Assembly: GCA_045613205.1 (NCBI GenBank)
Contig: JAZLAO010000143.1
Span: forward strand, 1 to 63,012
Reading direction: 5' to 3'
Length of the DNA: 63,012 nucleotides
From: Eubacteriales bacterium
GTDB lineage: Bacteria > Bacillota > Clostridia > Oscillospirales > CAG-272
Shown here: piece by piece, positions 56,530 to 63,012 of the stretch
Layout: each line of letters opens with the position of its first letter
Position numbering within the stretch: position 1 is the stretch's first letter
Made by a program: the position numbers and the translations under genes
The notes under the pieces: model-generated
Told to the model about the DNA's origin: nothing
Database searches by the model: none
The model's input: only the letters and a program-made list of their open reading frames with translations

Positions 56530-58689
56530 ATGAATTCTGCTATAAAAGAACTCAAACTAGACCGTGACTACGTAACCTACGAGGACTTCGGCGCTGTAGG
56601 CGACGGAAAAACAGAGGATTTCGGAGCGATTTACAAGACTCACGAATATGCAAACGAGCATGGACTTACCGTAAAGGCGACAGCCGGCAAAACCTATTAC
56701 ATAAAGGATACGAAGCTTGGCACTGATACGGTTCACGTAGCGAAGATAAAGACAAACGTTGATTGGCGCGGTGCTCATTTCATAATCGATAATACCAATT
56801 TAACGGTAATGAAGGATTATCCCGAGGAAAGAGCAATAGCAATGCAGCCGATTTTCTTGGTTGTCCCCGAAAAAGAGCACGAGATGTTCAAGATAGAGAA
56901 TTCCGAGGTTCTTGAAAGAATAGCCAAGGCGGGACTCAATCAGAAAACGAAGAAGATTGATATCGGTGTCGATTGGGACGGTCCTGTGATGATAGTTCCT
57001 TACACTTCCTCGCATAAGGCGTTCAAACGACGCGGAACAACTCAGTTCGACGGCTCGGAAATGCACGAGATCATCCTCATTGATAAAGACGGTAACGTAA
57101 GCCCCGAAACACCTATAATGTTCAGCTACGCGACCGTTGACAAATTAGAAGTTTATAAGCTTGATCCGAGCTGTGCGCTGACTGTCGAAAACGGTGTGTT
57201 CACCACGCTTGAATCAAGAGTCAATCACTATATTCCCAAAAGCGACGGAACCCGCGCGTACATTTATCACGGTTATATAAACAGAGGAATAAAGGTTATC
57301 CGTTCATACACGACGGTTAAGAATATTGAGCACATAGTAACCGGCGGTTTCACTCTTCTTGACAGAGCAGAGAGAAATCTTGAGGGGGCTATGTACCACG
57401 GCTTCATATCTGTGGCTGATTCTAACCATGTCACATTAAAAGATTGTATACTTCCCGGAAGAACCTCCCCGGGACCGGGCGGCGGACACTCATCCTACGG
57501 CTTCAACGCATACGGTGTTAATAAAATAGTTCTCGACGGCTGTATTCAGCCGAACTTCTGGGTAACGATAGACCCCGAAACCTACGAAATTAAAAATGCA
57601 ACGGTTTATGATAAAAATGCCGTCGGATGCGCCGTCAAGGGTGCTGAGGACGTCTACGAGGGCATGAGCACGGTTGACGTAAACGGAGAAAAGAGAAAGC
57701 TTTGCTGGGGCTTTGGCGGAACTCATTATTGCAAGAACATGGAGTATATCAACTCAACGCTCACCCGTTTTGATGCGCACTCGGGTCTTTACAACGGAAA
57801 AATTATCAACTGCAATATAACCGGAATTATGCTCACCGGATACGGTGATATGCTTGTCGAGGGCAGTAACTGGTATCAGTACGGAATGACGATTCCGATG
57901 CTTTATCTCAGAGGTGATTACGGGCATCATTGGCGCGGTGACATTACTGTTAAAAATACGAGAGCTCATCTTATGAACACCGAAAAGTTTTATCTCGTTA
58001 ATCATTCTTTTAATAATTGGTATTACGGATATACCACCTCCATTCCGAATATTACCGTTGATAATCTTCGCTTTTTTGATTCCTCAAACGGCGAGGCGGT
58101 AAAACCCGGATTTGAAGCGAAATTTTTCAAATTTACCACGCAATCCTCAAGAATGCATCTTGACGATGCAAAGGTGCCGTCTATTTTCGGTGTTGTCGAT
58201 AAGGACGGTGACGGATATATAGACGAGCCCCGCTTCATATCAGATGTGGACGGAAGCTTTTACCCCGAGCGTGACCTTGACGGTGACGGAAGAGTGGGCA
58301 ATACATCGCTCAAATACGACGATTACGTGAACGGCTCGGTCTTTATCAGCGGCGGACTTGCAAGATCGGCTTACTTTAAGGGAGCCACCCACCCAACCTG
58401 CACGGCGAACCTTAACAAGATAAGACCGCCTAAGTATTTTAAGGTTTTGAACAATAAAACCGAGGATGGCGAAATAATTGCAAAATACGTCGTTAAGGAT
58501 ACCTCGGGTGAGGGTATTTCCGACGGTGACTGGTACCGCTATGCCGAAGCTTTCGACACTATGGGCGGTTTCTTTGGCAGAACTGAGTTCATATACGGTG
58601 AGGGCGATGGAGAACGCTTTGTGGGCACGGAAAACAAAAACGGTATTTGCGATACCTTCGTATTTGTCGGAGAATACGATGTAGAATAA
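56530..58689 (+). CDS. Right-handed beta-helix protein, paralog 2
   Basis: Collinear with paralog 1 over full length. Confidence 0.75.
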   Translation: MNSAIKELKLDRDYVTYEDFGAVGDGKTEDFGAIYKTHEYANEHGLTVKATAGKTYYIKDTKLGTDTVHVAKIKTNVDWRGAHFIIDNTNLTVMKDYPEERAIAMQPIFLVVPEKEHEMFKIENSEVLERIAKAGLNQKTKKIDIGVDWDGPVMIVPYTSSHKAFKRRGTTQFDGSEMHEIILIDKDGNVSPETPIMFSYATVDKLEVYKLDPSCALTVENGVFTTLESRVNHYIPKSDGTRAYIYHGYINRGIKVIRSYTTVKNIEHIVTGGFTLLDRAERNLEGAMYHGFISVADSNHVTLKDCILPGRTSPGPGGGHSSYGFNAYGVNKIVLDGCIQPNFWVTIDPETYEIKNATVYDKNAVGCAVKGAEDVYEGMSTVDVNGEKRKLCWGFGGTHYCKNMEYINSTLTRFDAHSGLYNGKIINCNITGIMLTGYGDMLVEGSNWYQYGMTIPMLYLRGDYGHHWRGDITVKNTRAHLMNTEKFYLVNHSFNNWYYGYTTSIPNITVDNLRFFDSSNGEAVKPGFEAKFFKFTTQSSRMHLDDAKVPSIFGVVDKDGDGYIDEPRFISDVDGSFYPERDLDGDGRVGNTSLKYDDYVNGSVFISGGLARSAYFKGATHPTCTANLNKIRPPKYFKVLNNKTEDGEIIAKYVVKDTSGEGISDGDWYRYAEAFDTMGGFFGRTEFIYGEGDGERFVGTENKNGICDTFVFVGEYDVE

Positions 58690-58723
58690 AACATAAAAAG
58701 TATGGGGCTTAAGGAGAAACGTT

Positions 58724-60877
58724 ATGGAAAACAACATCAAGCTTGACCGCGATTACGTTACCTACGAGGACTTTGGAGCTGTAGGAGACGGCAAAACCGA
58801 GGACTTTGCTGCAATTTGCAAGACTCATGAGTATGCAAACGAGCACAAACTCGCAGTAAAGGGAACTCCGGGAAAAACCTACTACATAAGAGATACGAAA
58901 TTTGGAACTGATAAGGTACATACCGCAATAATAAAAACGAACGTTGACTGGTGCGGAGCGCATTTCATAATCGACGACACTAACCTCACGGCTATGAATG
59001 ATTATCCCGAGGAAAGAGAAATGGCTATTGCCGACTTGTTTGCGGTTGAACCCGACGATGAGCACCGTATGTTCAAAATAGAGGATCCCGAGCATCTTGC
59101 GAGGATAGCCGCGCAGGGTTTAAATCAGAAAACGAAGAAAATTGACCTCGGTATAGATTGGGACGGTCCCGTTATGATAATTCCGTATAATTCTGCGCAC
59201 GGAGTCTTCAGACGTCGGGGAATGTCGGCATTTCGTGGCAGCGCTATGCACGAAATTATCGTTGTTGAGGCTGACGGCAGTATAAGCGAGGAAACTCCCA
59301 TAATGTTCAGCTATGCGAATATTGATTCCATAGACGTTTATAAGCTTGACCCGAAGAGCGCTATAACTATTGAAAACGGCGTATTTACTACCCTTGAATC
59401 AAGAGTAAATCACTATCTTCCCAAGGAAGACGGAACTCTTGAATATATCTACCACGGTTACATAAGAAGAAATTTCGTGGTTCGTCGCTCTTATACCACG
59501 ATAAAGAGACTCGAGCATATCGTAACCGGAGGATATACTCTTCTTGACAGAGTGGAGCGAAATCTTGAGGGTGGAATGTACGGTGGATTTTTCGCCTCAT
59601 GGTACGCAAACCACCTTACCTACAAGGATTGCAGAATGCAGGGAAGAACTTCGCCCGGTCCCGGAAACGGACATTCATCTTACGACTTCGGCGCCAACTA
59701 TATTAACAAGATAGTTTTTGACGGATGTGTTCAGTCAAATTTCTGGGTAACAATCGATCCCGAAACCTTTGAGATAAAGAACGCGACCGAGTATGATGAG
59801 AATGCTGTCGGTCATGCGAGAAAGGTTGGCGAGAATGCTTGCTGCAGCATGGGATGGGCTGACGTTAACGGTGTTAAGAGAAGAATTTGTTGGGGTGTTG
59901 GCGGCAGTAATTTCTGCAAAAACCTTGAGTATATAAACTCAACGCTCACACGCCTTGACGCTCATCAGGGACTTTACAACGGAAAGGTCATAAACAGCAA
60001 TATAAGCTGTATGGCTATTGCGGGTTACGGTGATTTTATAGTCGAGAACACTAATTGGTATCAGTATAATATCGCGTCTCAAAGTCAGCTCATTTATCTG
60101 CGCGGCGACTACGGTTGCCATTGGTCGGGTGACGTTAAGGTTAAGAACGTAAACGGCTATATGATAAATCGCGACGAGTTTTACGTTACGCATTCCGGAT
60201 TTACCAACTGGTATTTCGGATACACTTGCGCTTTTCCTGATATTACCATTGATAATCTTAGATTTTTCGTTCAGGAAACGGGCGAGCCGTTGAAACCGGG
60301 ATACAAGGGATATCTTTTTAAGTTCGTTCCCGCCTTTACAAGCAGACATCTTGACGATGCGAAGGTTCCTTCAATTTTTGCCGTTACCGACGCGGACGGC
60401 GACGGATATATAGACGAGCCGCGTTTCATTTCGGACACGGACGGAACATTTTATCCCGCGCGCGATCTTGACGGTGACGGAAAGATAGGTAATACCTCTC
60501 TCAGCTACGACGAATATATAAACGCGCCGCCTATGATCGTCGGAGGTGTAGTCAGACCCTCGCATCTTAACGGAGCCGTTCATCCAACCTGCACGGCAAA
60601 CCTTAATAAGTCAAGACCTCCTAAATATTTTAAGGTAGTTAATAATACCGATGAAAACGGTGATACGGTTTGCAATTACGTCACAAGGGATACCTCGGTT
60701 GACGGTGTATCCGACGGCGGCTGGTATAGAGCTGTTGACACTCTTGATACGATGGGCGGTTACTTTGGCGGCACTCGGTTTATATACGGCGAGAGCGACG
60801 GAGAGAGCTTCGTAGGAACTAAGGATAAAAACGGCATTTGCGACACCTTCGTATTCACTGAGGAATACAACGTCTGA
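58724..60877 (+). CDS. Right-handed beta-helix protein, paralog 3
   Basis: Collinear with paralogs 1-2. Confidence 0.75.
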   Translation: MENNIKLDRDYVTYEDFGAVGDGKTEDFAAICKTHEYANEHKLAVKGTPGKTYYIRDTKFGTDKVHTAIIKTNVDWCGAHFIIDDTNLTAMNDYPEEREMAIADLFAVEPDDEHRMFKIEDPEHLARIAAQGLNQKTKKIDLGIDWDGPVMIIPYNSAHGVFRRRGMSAFRGSAMHEIIVVEADGSISEETPIMFSYANIDSIDVYKLDPKSAITIENGVFTTLESRVNHYLPKEDGTLEYIYHGYIRRNFVVRRSYTTIKRLEHIVTGGYTLLDRVERNLEGGMYGGFFASWYANHLTYKDCRMQGRTSPGPGNGHSSYDFGANYINKIVFDGCVQSNFWVTIDPETFEIKNATEYDENAVGHARKVGENACCSMGWADVNGVKRRICWGVGGSNFCKNLEYINSTLTRLDAHQGLYNGKVINSNISCMAIAGYGDFIVENTNWYQYNIASQSQLIYLRGDYGCHWSGDVKVKNVNGYMINRDEFYVTHSGFTNWYFGYTCAFPDITIDNLRFFVQETGEPLKPGYKGYLFKFVPAFTSRHLDDAKVPSIFAVTDADGDGYIDEPRFISDTDGTFYPARDLDGDGKIGNTSLSYDEYINAPPMIVGGVVRPSHLNGAVHPTCTANLNKSRPPKYFKVVNNTDENGDTVCNYVTRDTSVDGVSDGGWYRAVDTLDTMGGYFGGTRFIYGESDGESFVGTKDKNGICDTFVFTEEYNV

Positions 60878-60921
60878 TAAAAATATTCAAATACAAAACC
60901 ATAGAGTTAAGGAGAAATGTT

Positions 60922-63012
60922 ATGGAAAACAACATTAAGCTTGATCGAGACTACGTTACCTACGAGGACTTTGGAGCTGTAGGTGACGGCAAAACCGAGG
61001 ACTTTGGTGCAATTTGCAAGACTCACGAGTATGCAAACGAGCACAGACTTACGGTAAAGGGAACTCCCGGAAAAACCTACTACATAAAGGACACGAAGCT
61101 CGGTACCGATGAGGTTCACGTAGCGGTTATAAAAACAAACGTTGACTGGTGCGGTGCGAATTTCATTATCGACGATACCGACCTCACGGTAATGAAAAAT
61201 TATCCCGAGGAAAGAGCAATTGCGACAAAACCCATATTCAAAATTGCCGCCGAGGACGAGCATAAGCCTTTTAAGATAGAGGACAAGGAGCACCTTGCGA
61301 GAATTGCCGCTCAGGGGCTTAATCAAAAAACAAAGAAGATTGACCTCGGTATTGACTGGGACGGTCCTGTTATGATAATTCCCTCAAACTCGGCTCACGG
61401 TGTTTTCAGACGCCGCGGTACAAGCCAGTATAACGGCGCGCCTATGCGCGAGCTTATAATAGTTGATAAGGACGGAAACGTAAGCGAAGAAACGCCTATA
61501 ATGTTCAGCTATGCGAACATTGATTCCATAGACGTTTATAAGCTCGACCCAAGGACTGCCATTACTATTGAAAACGGCGTGTTCACCACACTGGAATCAA
61601 GAGTTAATCACCACATTCCTAAGGAAGACGGAACCTTCGCATACATTTATCACGGTTATATAGTCAGAGGCTTAAGTATAACCCGTTCTTACACAACGGT
61701 GAAGAACGTTCAACACATTGCAAAAGGCGGCTACACGCTTCTTGACAGAGCTGAGAGAAATCTTGAGGGCGCAATGTACTCGGCATTCTTCTCTGCGAGC
61801 TATGCCGACCACATTACCTTTAAGGATTGCAGACTTCAGGGCAGAACCTCGCCCGGTCCCGGAAACGGACATTCGTCATATGATTTCGGCGCTGCCTTCG
61901 TTAATAAGGTTGTTCTTGACGGATGCGTTCAGTCTAACTTCTGGGTAACGATAGACCCCGTAACATTTGAGATTAAGAGCGCTACCGAGTACGACGAAAA
62001 TGCGACAGGACATGCGAGAAAGGTCGGTGAGAACGCTTGCAGCGGCATGGGATGGGCTAATATAAACGGAGTTATGAGAAGACTGTGCTGGGGTATCGGC
62101 GGAAGCAACTTCTGTAAGAATATGGAGTATATCAACTCAACTCTCTCTCGTTTTGACGCTCACCAGGGACTTTACAACGGAAAGGTTATCAATTCAAACG
62201 TCAGCTGTATGGCTCTTGCGGGCTACGGTGATTTTACCATTGAGGATACGAACTGGTATCAGTACGGAAAGGACTCGCAGTGCGAGCTGTTATATCTGCG
62301 CGGTGACTACGGCTGTCATTGGTTCGGAGATATACTTGTGAAGAACGTAAATGCGCACGTTATCAACACCGAGAAGTTCTACGTCGCGAACCACGGTTTT
62401 GGAAACTGGTATTTCGGTTACACCTGTACGTTCCCGAACATTTCTATCGACAATCTCAGATTTTTCGATCAGAAAACGGGTGAGCCTATGAAACCCGGAT
62501 TTGAAGGTCATCTTTTCAAGTTCCGCGAGAAGTCGGAATGTATGCATCTTGACGATGCAAAGGTTACGTCCATATTCCCTGTAAACGATTATGACGGTGA
62601 CGGATATATCGACGAGCCGAGATTCATTTCGGACACCGACGGAACCTTCTATCCCGAGCGTGACCTTGACGGTGACGGAAGAGTTGGAAATACCTCTCTT
62701 AAGTATGACGATTACGTAAACGGTTCGGTATTCTATTCCGGAGGCTTGGCGCGTTCCAGCTATTTCAGGGGTGCTGAACATCCTACCTGTACCGCAAACC
62801 TTAATAAGATAAGACCTCCTAAGTACTTCAAGATTTTCAACAACAAAAACGAGAACGGTGAGGTCGTTTGCAACTACCTCATCAAGGATACCTCGGGCGT
62901 TTCCGACGGTGGCTGGTACAGAGATGCAGATACCCCCGACACCATGGGCGGCTTCTTCGGCGGCACCGAATTCCACTACGGTGACGGTGAGTTCTTCGTA
63001 GGAACCGAGAAC
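60922..63012 (+). CDS. Right-handed beta-helix protein, paralog 4 (runs off window; absent from ORF track)
   Basis: AAGGAG RBS, ATG 60922 MENNIKLDRDYVTYEDFGAVGDG...; segments translated by hand are open and collinear, and the frame matches the paralog C-terminus (GGTEFHYGDGEFFVGTEN) at the window end. Confidence 0.8.
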   Translation, partial: MENNIKLDRDYVTYEDFGAVGDGKTEDFGAICKTHEYANEHRLTVKGTPGKTYYIKDTKLGTDEVHVAVIKTNVDWCGANFIIDDTDLTVMKNYPEERAIATKPIFKIAAEDEHKPFKIEDKEHLARIAAQGLNQKTKKIDLGIDWDGPVMIIPSNSAHGVFRRRGTSQYNGAPMRELIIVDKDGNVSEETPIMFSYANIDSIDVYKLDPRTAITIENGVFTTLESRVNHHIPKEDGTFAYIYHGYIVRGLSITRSYTTVKNVQHIAKGGYTLLDRAERNLEGAMYSAFFSASYADHITFKDCRLQGRTSPGPGNGHSSYDFGAAFVNKVVLDGCVQSNFWVTIDPVTFEIKSATEYDENATGHARKVGENACSGMGWANINGVMRRLCWGIGGSNFCKNMEYINSTLSRFDAHQGLYNGKVINSNVSCMALAGYGDFTIEDTNWYQYGKDSQCELLYLRGDYGCHWFGDILVKNVNAHVINTEKFYVANHGFGNWYFGYTCTFPNISIDNLRFFDQKTGEPMKPGFEGHLFKFREKSECMHLDDAKVTSIFPVNDYDGDGYIDEPRFISDTDGTFYPERDLDGDGRVGNTSLKYDDYVNGSVFYSGGLARSSYFRGAEHPTCTANLNKIRPPKYFKIFNNKNENGEVVCNYLIKDTSGVSDGGWYRDADTPDTMGGFFGGTEFHYGDGEFFVGTEN

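Noticed and set aside
54345-63012. Diversity-generating retroelement or invertible shufflon acting on the paralog array
   Set aside because: No reverse transcriptase or recombinase in the window; differences are spread along the genes, often synonymous, and not adenine-specific.
54345-63012. Array proteins as tailspikes of the phage-like particle
   Set aside because: The fold fits, but only ~10 aa precede the FGAVGDG motif (no particle-binding domain), they have a separate promoter, and a signal-peptide-bearing homolog exists. Unsupported beyond fold similarity.

Overview
Chromosomal window from a spore-forming Clostridia-type Firmicute (complete spoIIIAA-AH operon, abrB with a Spo0A box, CIRCE-regulated clpB, rimP-nusA-ylxR-ylxQ-infB). 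Three things stand out against this housekeeping background. (1) An intact, tightly coupled ~12.6-kb minus-strand operon (30665-43284) encodes only podovirus-like DNA-packaging, head and short-tail genes plus three membrane proteins. It has no integrase, replication, repressor or endolysin gene and is closed by its own terminator, making it a candidate domesticated gene-transfer-agent (GTA)-like particle; its tail-hub protein carries an inserted BspA-type LRR cassette. (2) An uncharacterised right-handed beta-helix family is present as a tandem array of at least four mosaic ~720-aa signal-peptide-less paralogs (54345 to window end) and also as the core of a ~2450-aa secreted multidomain protein (23116-30468). 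(3) A tRNA-Ile2(CAT) gene is followed by a degenerate antisense mirror copy of itself, stacked GC-rich hairpins and a second 23-bp sense tRNA fragment. Product calls are from motif recognition only; no database searches were run.
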